From: a virus
Taxonomy: Duplodnaviria > Caudoviricetes
Length of the DNA: 64,000 nucleotides
Virus record (IMG/VR): IMGVR_UViG_3300028048_001801
Span: 1 to 64,000 of that record
Direction: 5' to 3' (one strand)
Shown here in pieces: positions 17,769 to 29,054 of the stretch. The notes under the pieces were generated by a model. It worked only from the letters and a program-made list of their open reading frames with translations, had not been told where the DNA came from and did no database searches. Position numbers and translations under genes: made by a program. Within the stretch, counting starts at the first letter, position 1; every line of letters begins with the position of its first letter.

Positions 17769-20700
17769 ACCTGCAAACGCGGTTGCGACTGCGCTTTGTT
17801 CAACGGAACTTAAAGTGTTCCACTTTTTCGCCAATTCATCAAGAACTTCTCCCATATCACGCATTTCCATTTTGGAATTACGAATGCTTATTCCCAATAC
17901 ACCTAAAACTTTTTCAATATCGTTTATCTTCTCAAGGTCTTCGCCTTCAGTCATCATAGACACGAACGAGCCAGCTTTAACATTGCCGTACCTAGACAAA
18001 ATACTTCTGACTGCGGTACCTGCCATTTCAGCAGATTGCTGAGTAACATCCATAATAGTGGTAACCATCGCTGCAGTTTCATCGAGGGATAATCCCATTT
18101 GAGAGGCAATCGCCGATGTCCTTGCCATAGCTTCACCGATTTCACCAGCGGAGGCCGCATAGTTCATATCAAGCTTCGTGAGTTTGTCGACAACCGTACT
18201 CGCTTCGCTAGCTTGCATTTTGAAACCTTTTAATGTTGATGTTAAAACTTTTGTCGCAGAGTTCATATCAAGCATACCGAGCTTGGATAATTGAGTCGTC
18301 GCAGTAATTAAATCCATAGACTCGCTTATAGAATAACCCTGTCTCAGCCATTCGTTTGCCGATTGCGCCAAAGCAGTGGTAGTGGTTCCTAACTCTTCTG
18401 CTAATTTATTATAGCTTAAAATTGCGTTATCAACTTCTTGCCTATTCATACCTGTAACAATACGAATATTCGTTGCTGCTTTATCGAGCTCTTTTGTTAT
18501 ATTGACAATTTTCTGGAATTCTTGTCTTAGTTTACCCAATACCCTATATAAACTAAAATATTGCGTAATCTGTCTAAGAATACTGTCCTTACTCCAACCC
18601 ATTTGATTCCAAACGGATTGTTTCTGTTGGCCACCGCCAGCACCACCGGCAGCTTTGCGAGCCATTTCATCAAGCTTGAGTTGATGCTCTGCTTTATAAT
18701 ATGATAAAAGATCGTTTTTATTACTTTCATTCTTTACATTTTTTTCGGCTTCTTCTCGTGCCTTTGTAGCAACTTCTAAGTTTTTGTTCTCTAAAGTGTT
18801 TAAATCGTCTAATGCTTTTAACGCGTCTGGATTATTGGCATATTTCGCCCTTTCTTTATCAAGTTCTAAAAGCTTAAGTTTTATAGCATATTCTTTTTTA
18901 AGAGCCTCTTCATATGCCTCTTCGGCCGCTTTTTCATCTTCTTCGGCTTGTTTTTCTTCTATTTTTTTTCTAGCGTTTGGGTCTATTCCGGTTTCTCCAG
19001 CAATGGTAGATTCCACGAATCTATCTGTAACAAAATGATGGTCTTCTTCATCAATTGCCGAGACGTTATATTTGCCAGAATCAATAGTTTCTAAGAGGAC
19101 GCGTTTGAAGTTCGGGTCGTTTAATAATTGTTCTATATCAGCTCTACGCGTTACGAATTGCCCCGTTTTTTGATTATAAGACTGGACAGCAGCGGTTATC
19201 GCAACGTTCTCTTGCGTAAGTTGTTTGAACAGACTTTCGTCGATGTCCATCCCTATATCTTTTAATGGATTTTGAGCCCCATTAAATTTAGCAAAGTCAT
19301 TTTCTGTGTACCCGTGTTCTTTTATATAATCTCTGGCTTGTTTCAAATAATAAGCATACAACACCGGTTGCATTGCTTCTTTTGCTGTGAGGTTGGTGTT
19401 ATTTTTGGTTTTTATATCTTGTACTTCAATAGTAGCCATATTTTCATCGTCTACAAATTGATGTAATTCAGAATCCCATCTTTTGCCACCATAACTGCCA
19501 ACTATAGTATCGGCCCTGCCGTGTTGCGCGTGCCCAATAACGCCTGCAAGATTCACTTCGGATTGAACGAATCCGCCCTTTTCGTTTTGACTAGCCCTAA
19601 TTCTAGAACCTCTATTAAGTGACTCTCCCGCATAAGTAGCATTAGTAATACTTGCTTCTTTAGCTGACAAGTACGCAGACTCGTCAACAGATTGTTTTTT
19701 AATATTGGCTTCCGCTTCGCTTATTAAATGGAAGATACCGTGCTCGTGAGTTTCTTTGTTTTCTTCTGCCCAAAATTTTTCCCAGAGTTGTTTTGCGGCA
19801 TCGTTAGTTTCTTTTTCTTTTTCTAACCACGCCTTCATTCCTTCATAAGTGTCTCCGGCGTATCCTATGTCTTGAGCTTCGCCTATGGCCGCTTTAACTC
19901 CGTGCGCTACATTACCAAAAATCATAGCGCCTTCAGAGTCTGCATAACGTTTATATGCTTCGTCACCATATAGAGACATTAAATATTTGCCAGCGTATTC
20001 ACCGCTAAACTCTTGACGTGCGTTTCTAAACCCCGTTAAATCAGGGAATTCACCACCGCCAAAAGCGTTTCTTATCATTGTTGTTACACTTGGGTTGTAA
20101 ACATTTTCGCCCTTAGCTTTTTGCTCCGCAAGCCAATGTGCTTTATCTAGTTGTTTTGTCGCATCTTTTAAATCTTTTAGCTTTTGAATATTTTCACTGT
20201 AAGCCTCGCCTTCTTTTTTTGCTACGCTAATCTTATATTTTTCTGCTTCAGCCTCGCTATAAATAGCATCCTCTAGTCTTTCGGTGGCGTCGGCAAGAGT
20301 GTTTACGGTCTCCGTGTTTTCGCCAATTTTTTTACCGTACTGAGATGTATATCTATCCCAATAATTTCCAGGATCAGTCTCTCCGCCATGCCCAGTTCTA
20401 CTCCACGTCCTCCATTGATATGTTTTGGGATCTGCTCCGCGGGCGACCATTTGTTCCTGGGTTGATTTTACAGCATTCGCTACAACGTCTGATGAAAAGC
20501 GGCCATAATCCTCGGCTTTGCCATGAACTATAGCCTCATAATTTGGTCCTAATAATTCTTTTAGTATTTTATCTCCGTGTGAAAAACCTTGTATAGCAGA
20601 CATTGTTACGGCCGAAATACGAGAATCTAAGACCTCATCTTGTCCAAAAATTTTAAGACGGGTCATTTCTTCAAAAAGTTTGTTTAAATCCCCTGTCTTT

Positions 20701-23700
20701 GCCAAAATATCAAAAGCATTGCCAGCCCCACTAAAAAGTTCCGCTATTTTTTTATTTCCCTCTTCTTCGGATATTTCTCCATTTTGAACCAATAATTTAA
20801 TAGCATGTTTTGCAGAAATCATGTTCTGCTCAATACCCTCAAGCATATTTCTGGTTATCATGGATTTGGCCGCTTGAAGTTGTCCTTCATATGAATTTCC
20901 CACAGAAATATTGCTTAAACCTGTGGCGTCTATCATATTACTAATGGCGGTACTCATGTTGGACGTCATACCAACCTGACTCTTAAAATGTTTAGCAAAT
21001 AAAGCTGTTACCTCTTGTAAGTCTTGTTTTTCGCGTAGGGAAAAAGCCTTTTCATCCAAACCAAGCTCGCCCATCTTTTTTACACGATCGGCGGCTAAAC
21101 GTGGCGCTGCTCTTAAATAAATCTCGTTTTGTTTGTCTGTGAAAGCTCTGCTTTCTTCTGGATCCGTAAAAATTAATGGATTTAAAAACGCCGAAATAGT
21201 ATCGCTATCGAAATCCATGTTTGAAGCAATACGCTGCGCAAAAATGCCTGTAAATTCAGTGTCGTTTAAATCTGCATCTTGATTGATGAACCATTGCATG
21301 CCACGCATATCCATTCGATTGGTAAGCGGCCAACGCAATATGTCTCCCGCAGCACCACGAACTCGCATTCTTTTTAACAACGAATTATATTTCGCTTGGT
21401 CTAAAACTCCATTTTTATCAGTGGCTTGTCGTCTAACTTCTTCGTCTATCCATTCTTGCAGTTTTATAAAACGTTCGCTTCGTAACGTGATATAATTTGC
21501 TATTCTGTTTTCAAGCTGTTGAACACCTTTAATCCCTTCGAGTGTTTTGTCATCTATAAGTTCATCTCGTCCAAAGGTTAACTCTTTTAAATAATTCTTA
21601 TAATATTGTATTTTAGAAGCATTATTGCCTAATTCTTTAGTTTTGTCTCTTAAATTTTTTAAAAAAGCATTTCTATTAGTTTGAAATCCAATTGTGTTTA
21701 TATCCCTATATACATTATCTTCGTCGTGCAAAATACCAAAAACATTGACGCCACGTCCGTGAAACTGTTGGGATCCGCTGACAGCGTTTTTATGCCCTAG
21801 CTCATAGTAGTAGCCTCGATCACGAGCGTTTTCTTGCCCAATTAAAAAATCCTCTGCATGTCTTCCAATACTTGCCCTTGCTTGTTCTCTGTCCTCTGGC
21901 TTATTCGGATTGTTAAAAGTTACAATAGCACTCATCAAAGCCGTTAAATCGCCAGAATTCTGAGGAAGAGTGTAAGTTCCATCTTTGTTCTGTCTGATAG
22001 GGATGTTGGGTACATATAATCTATTAACTTTATATTCGTTTCCCTCTCTATCTTTTCTAATTAATGGTGCATTAGAGAGATCAAAATACGCTCCAATATC
22101 GTCAACACTAATATTTGCATCTGGGTTATTATTCTTGATTTCTTTAAGCTTATTTTCTTTAGCAGTTTGTATTTGACCCCAAATTGTTTTGGCAACCAAA
22201 TCAATATTCCTAATTCTACCATCGGCGTCCCATAAACCCTCTACCCCAAGAACACTATCCCATGCTTTTTGTATATCAATATCGTATCCTGGGCCATAAC
22301 CTATCGAAACAGACTGATTTCTTATAATATCATTATCTGTCCCGCTTTGACCAGAAAGTAGAGCTGCGGTTGTTATAGCTTGTTCCGCCATTTCGTATTC
22401 AGCTTGGTTTTCTTCTGATGGCGAATATGCTCTAAATAATTTATTGCCATAATCAGACATACCAATGGCGCCCGCGACTTCTAAAACAGCCTTACGAGCT
22501 TGATCATTAACCTTTGCATTTTTACGCGGATTAATTGGTAATGTTTCCAAAACATTCATAGTTGCATAGCGCAATCTTGTGTTTATTTTAGTTTTATATT
22601 CATCAAGATCTGAAAAATCATTAAAATCTATTAGACTAAACATATTACCAAATGCCGATTTGATTTTTTCCACATCCGCTTTTTTTGCATTTTTAGATAA
22701 CTTGAAGCCGCCCTTTTTACCTAAAACTAATAAATCTGCTAAGTCTCCTGCTCCATTATCTCTTAAATACTGGATAAAACCCTCTCTCCATTTGCTAGTG
22801 TCTTCTCCGTTTAACTCTGCTGGAAGCACGTATGTTTTTTTATAATCTTCAATAAGAATTGGTAACTTCTCGTTGATCGCCATCGCCAAGTCATTATATC
22901 CAATAGTACTGCCGCCAATAAAAGCTCCAACATGGTATCTGTCTATGTCTTCATCTTTGACACTATCGGGTATACCAAACATACTTCTAATAATTTGTCT
23001 AGCATAAGCCCTGGAAATTCCAACAGCTTGAGTTCTTCTTGCGCCTATAGCAATCTTAGTGTTTTCATCCATAAAAGATAGGTAATCAAACTTAACGCTT
23101 GTCAATCCGCTTTGATTATCTCTTTTAACCATTAAGTTTCTACTGGTTTTTTTATCAAACAGATGAGAATATTCCTTCTCTAAAATTTCTTCAACAGCAC
23201 TCTTTCTTTTTTGGTCAGTGTTTTCATTCTCCCACTTTTCAATAAAAGCTTTTCTCGATTCTAATTGACGTTCAGCCGATTTAATTTCTTTGGCCATCTC
23301 ATCTCTTATGGTTGGATCCACCTGCTGTTCCATATCGTCTTTCAGATCTTGAAGTTCTTTTTCTTGTTGTGAAATATGATTTTTATACAAATTATATATT
23401 TGTTCTCTGCGCTTAACTCTTTCGTCAATTTGATCGTTGGAAATATCTACCGTTTTATTAATATAACTTGTCAACTCCTCGGACATTTCCTCTGTAACCA
23501 CGAGTGACTGGTCATCATCTACAGAAGCGGCAACATACCCAAACTCTTTATAAAAATCAGCTTCTATGCTTTCTAATTTTTTAATTTCTTCTCTAAGGAC
23601 TTGTTTATCTTTTTTGTTAGTTGTTTTTGCTAACTTTTCGCGTAATTCTTTTAATTTTGGTTCGGCCTTTTTTTTTGCCTCTTCCATTTTGGCTTTGCCC

Positions 23701-25298
23701 GCTCGCCATGCTTTTTGTAAAATTTGATCATCGGTTTCCATTACCGGATAACGTTGGTGTTCGGGGCCCGATTGAATAACTTTGTCACTTTGCCCCATTA
23801 GTTCGTTAACAAAACCTTTTTTGGGGGTATTTACCTTTTTAGCCGTTTTAGCAGTTTGAATTACTTTACGCAACATTGCGGAAAGCTCTGCGCCAAAAAA
23901 TGCTTGACTATTATCTATGAGCCCAACTACCTGCCTCGACAAAGCCTCTTCAGAATTTGCCTCAAAAGATAGATCAAAATCAGAAACAAGTTTATCTATT
24001 AAGGGTTCTATTTCTTCAAATACCCCGCTATGGACAAGTTCAGCCATGTCTGAGGACTTAAGTAATTCTTGTTTGAGCTCCGCACTTACGTTTAGAGCTT
24101 TTATATAAATAGCCCTCATTATTTGCATTTCTAACGTATTTTGATTTCTACCATTGTTTCCTTTTCCTTTTTTGGCCAATTTGTCAAATCGTGTAAAAAG
24201 CTGTTTAATCCATGTGTGGAGATTGACATTATTAGCCTTAAAAAAAGTTTGTATTGCAGAAGAAGTACCATATTCGTCTTTGTCAAGATTATATTTATTG
24301 GTGTTTAATACGGCAGCTTTATCCATTACGCCTGTCTTAAGATTGTCCGCCTTCCATTTGGCCAATCCTCTATCTTTTCCAAACTCCTCAAATAACCTAT
24401 CAGAGGCATCTGCAAAATCAGATAAATATTCCTGTGGTAATGTTATTAATTTGTTATTACCACTATTGTCCATATATGCAGAATAAGTAGCCGCCTTTTT
24501 ATTTCCGTGTTCTACAAAATAACCATTTTTAACAGGGAAATAATCTATTTCAATCAAGTCTTTTGTATATTCTTTTGGGATTCTTAATTCTCCCTTTTTA
24601 TTTGCAACCTTATGCGCTTCCAATTCTGCTTTGGGAACAAAGTAATATTTATTAGAGTCTCTCCCAGAACCCCTGACGATTACGCCACCGTGTTTGCGTG
24701 CATTGTCTTGTATTTTTTTAAAAGCAGCGTCAATACTTTTTTTATCTAAGCTATTTGGGTTTGTTGAAGGGCTAACTTTTTTTGCCGCCTTAGATGGTGT
24801 TGTTTTGTGACGTGTGGAACTTTTAGCGTATTTAACAGACGCTTCTATCTGTTTGGATGAAAAACTTTTATTCTGCACCTCTTCAATTGTTTGAATCGTC
24901 TTATTTCCTATATGTGCTATATTTGAAAAGGCTTCTTTAAATAAATGTTGTATTTCTCTTGGATTTCCTGAACTTTCTCTATCGTTTTTGAGACGTTTTA
25001 ATTTATCCTCTATCCCATCTCCAAAATCTTTCAAATAATCTCTAATTAACACATTAATAATTTCATTTACTTGTTTTGGGTCTTCAATTGGCGTCGTAGA
25101 ATTATTTACAGCTTGGGCTATTCCTGTTTTTATATCATTTAAGATTGGGATATATTCTTTAATGGAATCGCCTAAAGCCGCTATACCTTTATCATTGGTG
25201 TTACCTTTGTTATATTTCTCCAATCTTTCAATTTTATCTAATAAGTCTTTCTCCTTAACGAGGTCCATTAATGATTGCAATCTTTTATTATAAGCCAT
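17769..25298 (-). CDS. Tape measure polyprotein, exon 1 (2510 aa): RNAP-like region, PD-(D/E)XK nuclease and TP901-type tape-measure core
   Basis: R1322-W-P...N1360-M-DFDSD; GRADTI...EVQDIKT...QPVLYAYYL; ELDKAATNIRIVTG...WLRQG...VVDKLTKLD...AGTAVRSILSRY tape-measure core. Confidence 0.85.
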
Positions 25299-25303
25299 AA
25301 TAT

Positions 25304-25744
25304 TTATCTACCCTCCTTACTAAAATCCTTCCAAAACTCGCTCTTTCCGTCAGAGAAATAATCTTCTAATTTGTTATAGTTTCTCTCATCTAATTCCGTG
25401 AGTTTATTTATATATGAATCTTGTATAAACGGCTTCGTTTCCAAAATGCCGTCAAACAAGTTATTTTCAAATTCAGAATTTTTTATATCCTCGGTTTCTC
25501 TTAAATTCTCTTCGTCATAAAACCAATCGATTTCATCACCATCGTTCTTAGTAATGATAAAAGAATTTAAAAAACCATCAAAGGAGGCATAATTATTAAT
25601 ATCTGAATATACACTATGTGAATTTTCTGTGAATAAAAGTCTTATTTTATCTTCAATTTGTTTTAAAACTTTTGCTTTTTGATACGGTTTTAGCCCGCGT
25701 ATCGCGGCAGACGCCTTTTCTGGGATCTTAAATTTCACAAACAT
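25304..25744 (-). CDS. Hypothetical tail/neck component
   Basis: AAGGAGG precedes ATG 25744, so the track start at 25828 is probably too long. Lies immediately upstream of the tape measure gene. Confidence 0.5.
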   Translation of the reverse strand: MFVKFKIPEKASAAIRGLKPYQKAKVLKQIEDKIRLLFTENSHSVYSDINNYASFDGFLNSFIITKNDGDEIDWFYDEENLRETEDIKNSEFENNLFDGILETKPFIQDSYINKLTELDERNYNKLEDYFSDGKSEFWKDFSKEGR

Positions 25745-25772
25745 AACTATACCTCCTTGTTGTGATTTCAAT

Positions 25773-26420
25773 TTAATCGTTGGAGTCTTCCCCCACGATT
25801 TGCGAAGCCTTAAACGCTTCGTCTTCAATATTGTTTTTAATGGACATTAAAAGCGGATCATTAACCGCTGCTATATTCCCAAGCGCTTTCAGCAGTTCGG
25901 GATTGGTTTCCGTTGTAAACCTCTTAAATTCGTCTGTCAGTCTTTCGATCTGTTCGGGCGATGATATTTCAATATTTTTAGCAAGTTCTTTCAAGTTATC
26001 GAAAGAGATCATCTTTTCTGCCATATGATATAAAACATTATAATCCTTTTCACAGAAAGACATAATATAGTCTGTTAATCCTGACAATTTTAATACGTCA
26101 TAATAAGCTGCGTCTTTATAAAAAGAATCTATATTTGGATCTAGATTCACAACGTAAGCCAATAAACAGTCGAAAAGAATCGCTATTTCATACAGGATCG
26201 ACGCTGTATATGGCATTATTTCTTCATCGCTGCGCATATCTATAATCGTCTTCCTAAGTAAAAGCTCTTTTTGCCCAATTGGCATATAATCTTTTATTAT
26301 AAGCGCCGCTTTCAAATCTTCGAGCGCCTTGGTCTCTTCTTCTCCCTCGGGATTGTTTAACCAATTCACCGCTATAACCAAAAGCTCTTCTATTCTATAA
26401 GTTTTTTGTTCTTCGCCCAT
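25773..26420 (-). CDS. Putative tail assembly chaperone
   Basis: Helical 215-aa ORF with RBS, two genes upstream of the tape measure gene. Function inferred from position only. Confidence 0.4.
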   Translation of the reverse strand: MGEEQKTYRIEELLVIAVNWLNNPEGEEETKALEDLKAALIIKDYMPIGQKELLLRKTIIDMRSDEEIMPYTASILYEIAILFDCLLAYVVNLDPNIDSFYKDAAYYDVLKLSGLTDYIMSFCEKDYNVLYHMAEKMISFDNLKELAKNIEISSPEQIERLTDEFKRFTTETNPELLKALGNIAAVNDPLLMSIKNNIEDEAFKASQIVGEDSND

Positions 26421-26421
26421 T

Positions 26422-27480
26422 TTAATCTCCTTTTAAATCCTTGTTTTTTTCTTCACCATTTTCTTTTTGCTCAGCTCCGAAAACAGCTCTTAGTTGATCA
26501 AGCCCCTGTTCTAGTTGTTGTTCATTAGTGTGGTCATCGTAACGACGAACCATGTCTAAAGACGCCCAACCGACAAGGGTTTGTATATAAGAATCGGAAA
26601 ATCCGTGTTCTTTCATGTATGTAGTAAAGAAATGTCTCGAGCTATGATTATAATAATCGAGATTGGCTATTTTTCCGATTTTATTCGCCCAGCTGTTAAC
26701 CGTTGATACAGCAGCTGGCACGTAGTTTCCATCCTTATAGGTTACAAATAAATATTCACTTTGTATCCCTTTTTCTTTCCGCTCTTCTAACCATAAATTC
26801 AAATAGGGTTGGAATAATTGTACAGCAATATATTTCTTTAACAGTTTTCCCTTTTCACCCTTACCTTTCGTTCTGATTGCGGGCGTTAAGTAAAACATGC
26901 CGTCTAAAACCTTGTTTTTATCCTCAAAGAAAGATAATTTCATCTGAATTGCTTCCGATTTCCTCATACCGCTTGAAACTAATAAAGCAAAATAACAAGC
27001 GATTTGATATTTCTTTTGTTTGACAAGTTCGTCTAAGCATGCTTGCATTTCTTCTTGAGACATTATTGTCTTGTCTCTAACGGGCTCTCTATTAGAAATT
27101 TCTATAACCGATGAAATATTCCTGAATGTTGGATATTCATCATCGAGAACTTTTTCGATATAAGAAGATAAGCTTGATATGCAACTGCGCAGAGTGCTAA
27201 CCCTACTGCTGCTTACCTTCAAATCAGATTGTAACCACAGGCTAAACTTAATCAAGTCTCTTTTCTTAAGATCTACAAAAAATTTATTGTCACATTTTTC
27301 ATATAAATAACAAAAGAAAATTTTTAATTGCTGCTCGTATTGATAACGAGTAGCAGGAGACTTATCGGAAGCTTTGCAGTAATCCAAAAATTCCTTGAGG
27401 AGGTCTTTATTTTGTTTAGAAACCTGTTCCCACTTCGCCTCTGTTACAAGCCCGTCATTATAAACAGTTGATCTTCCCAT
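26422..27480 (-). CDS. Tyrosine recombinase / integrase family protein
   Basis: SGMRKSE (R), KGK, HSSRH, LVGW and RRY match the catalytic R-K-H-R-W/H-Y set. Confidence 0.9.
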   Translation of the reverse strand: MGRSTVYNDGLVTEAKWEQVSKQNKDLLKEFLDYCKASDKSPATRYQYEQQLKIFFCYLYEKCDNKFFVDLKKRDLIKFSLWLQSDLKVSSSRVSTLRSCISSLSSYIEKVLDDEYPTFRNISSVIEISNREPVRDKTIMSQEEMQACLDELVKQKKYQIACYFALLVSSGMRKSEAIQMKLSFFEDKNKVLDGMFYLTPAIRTKGKGEKGKLLKKYIAVQLFQPYLNLWLEERKEKGIQSEYLFVTYKDGNYVPAAVSTVNSWANKIGKIANLDYYNHSSRHFFTTYMKEHGFSDSYIQTLVGWASLDMVRRYDDHTNEQQLEQGLDQLRAVFGAEQKENGEEKNKDLKGD

Positions 27481-27580
27481 TTTCAGAATACCTCCGTTTT
27501 ATTTTATTTTTTTATTTTGTGTAATTGTGGTGAGAATGCTTTAACATCCTCACCACACAATAAACCGTGTGAAGTTATAT

Positions 27581-28252
27581 TTATTTTTTTAAACCTTCAA
27601 GAAATTTTATATTTTCTGATAGTTTGTTCACTTTGGTTTGAGACTTTGCGTCTTTTTGTTCTTTTTTGATTTCTTTTATTTTCTCAGTAATATCTGCATT
27701 CCACTTTTTATTTATTAATGTCAACGCCACGGCAACAGAGTCTGTGACGTCTAAAGAATAATCTTTAAAGTTGAAATCATTAAATTTATCTTGTATATAT
27801 TTGGCAATGTCTTCCTTCTGGGGTTTATCTATTCCTGTGAGAGTCTTAAAATATGCTTTAACTGACGTCGAATGCACGCCGTCGTAATCATATATATCTA
27901 TCCCAGAATGAGTGGCCGCCAAATCAAAAACGGCATGTGCCTGAGCCAACCCCTGCAATGTCAAAATTGTAGAAAATCTTCCATTTTGATTTGGCAGTCT
28001 CTCTTTTGTTATAAATACTGACCCAGCATTGTTTGCCCCTATTTTATTCAAACACTTTTCCATAACATTTATGACTTGATTATAAAAATAATCCCAAACA
28101 AATTCGCTGTGGGCCTTTTCTGTATCTATAACTCCTGCCAATAAAACTTTATTATTGTTAATATCTATTAAACTATAGCCAGAAAGATGTTTGGCTAAAT
28201 CGAAAGCCAAAACATAAGAATACTGAGAAAGTTTTTTGGAAAACTTAATCAT
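27581..28252 (-). CDS. RuvC-like Holliday junction resolvase
   Basis: LAFDLA..SGYS, ITKE, VKAYF...K..KEDI and DVTDSVAVAL. Confidence 0.75.
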   Translation of the reverse strand: MIKFSKKLSQYSYVLAFDLAKHLSGYSLIDINNNKVLLAGVIDTEKAHSEFVWDYFYNQVINVMEKCLNKIGANNAGSVFITKERLPNQNGRFSTILTLQGLAQAHAVFDLAATHSGIDIYDYDGVHSTSVKAYFKTLTGIDKPQKEDIAKYIQDKFNDFNFKDYSLDVTDSVAVALTLINKKWNADITEKIKEIKKEQKDAKSQTKVNKLSENIKFLEGLKK

Positions 28253-28343
28253 AAATATACATGTCTTAATTTGTACGACTAATAGGGTTTATGTCTGACA
28301 AAACGGTAACGAGACACGTTGCCATATTTCACCCTCCGTTATC

Positions 28344-28670
28344 TTATTTACCAAAGTTTGCTTTGACTTCTTTGAGAGCCTCTTCTATAAGGTCTTTAAG
28401 ATTTTCCTTGCCGAGAATTTTAAGCACGGCTTTATATAAAAACGGCGCCTTTTCATTAAACCACTTCTCGACCTGCTCTAATTTTTCTGCGCCGTGACCA
28501 GAGCCGATCGACTCTTCCGCCAAAGCAACAAGTCCTATGAGATACGTAATAAGCAGCTTTTTTCTGTCTTCTGGAGACATTTTAATGATTTGAATTATTT
28601 TGTATACAACAAAACCAATTATTGCCGCCGCTAATACTCCAATGATAATATATAAAATTACATTATTCAT
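28344..28670 (-). CDS. Holin (LL-H-like)
   Basis: N-terminal transmembrane helix, followed by VALAEE.IGSG.G.EK and LIEEA. Confidence 0.7.
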   Translation of the reverse strand: MNNVILYIIIGVLAAAIIGFVVYKIIQIIKMSPEDRKKLLITYLIGLVALAEESIGSGHGAEKLEQVEKWFNEKAPFLYKAVLKILGKENLKDLIEEALKEVKANFGK

Positions 28671-28720
28671 ATTAATACCTCGCTGTTTATATATGTTTTT
28701 ATATTTATAAAATAAGTTTT

Positions 28721-28969
28721 TTATTCTTCTATTTTTTCGATGTCTTCCGTTTTTTCGGCAATTTCCTCTATTTTAGGTTCTACGGTTTTCTTTTTATGTG
28801 TTTTGGTCGGCGTAGGTTTTATTACTTCTTCAATAGAGTTTTCTTCGGATTTTTCGTCAATTGAAACAGATTTGGTTTGAGCCATTATTTCAGCTTCTTT
28901 CCTTCTCTTTTTTTCTTCAAATAATTTATAAATACGCTTTAATTCGCAAGATTCACAACTCATAAACAA
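28721..28969 (-). CDS. Small hypothetical protein
   Basis: ORF with a GAGG RBS; highly charged and low complexity. Confidence 0.45.
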   Translation of the reverse strand: MFMSCESCELKRIYKLFEEKKRRKEAEIMAQTKSVSIDEKSEENSIEEVIKPTPTKTHKKKTVEPKIEEIAEKTEDIEKIEE

Positions 28970-29001
28970 CCTCTTTTTATATTCATTTTAAAAATTTTTA
29001 T

Positions 29002-29034
29002 AAAAGGACGGGAATATAAAATTCCCATCCTTTT
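29002..29034 (-). terminator. Intrinsic terminator after the major tail gene
   Basis: AAAAGGACGGGAAT...ATTCCCATCCTTTT hairpin with T/A tracts on both sides. Confidence 0.65.
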
Positions 29035-29054
29035 TAAACCTAATTTCCCAAACC

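Noticed and set aside
25304-26420. Programmed frameshift joining the two genes upstream of the tape measure
   Set aside because: The downstream gene has its own strong RBS and ATG at 25744, and I see no convincing slippery heptamer in the overlap.
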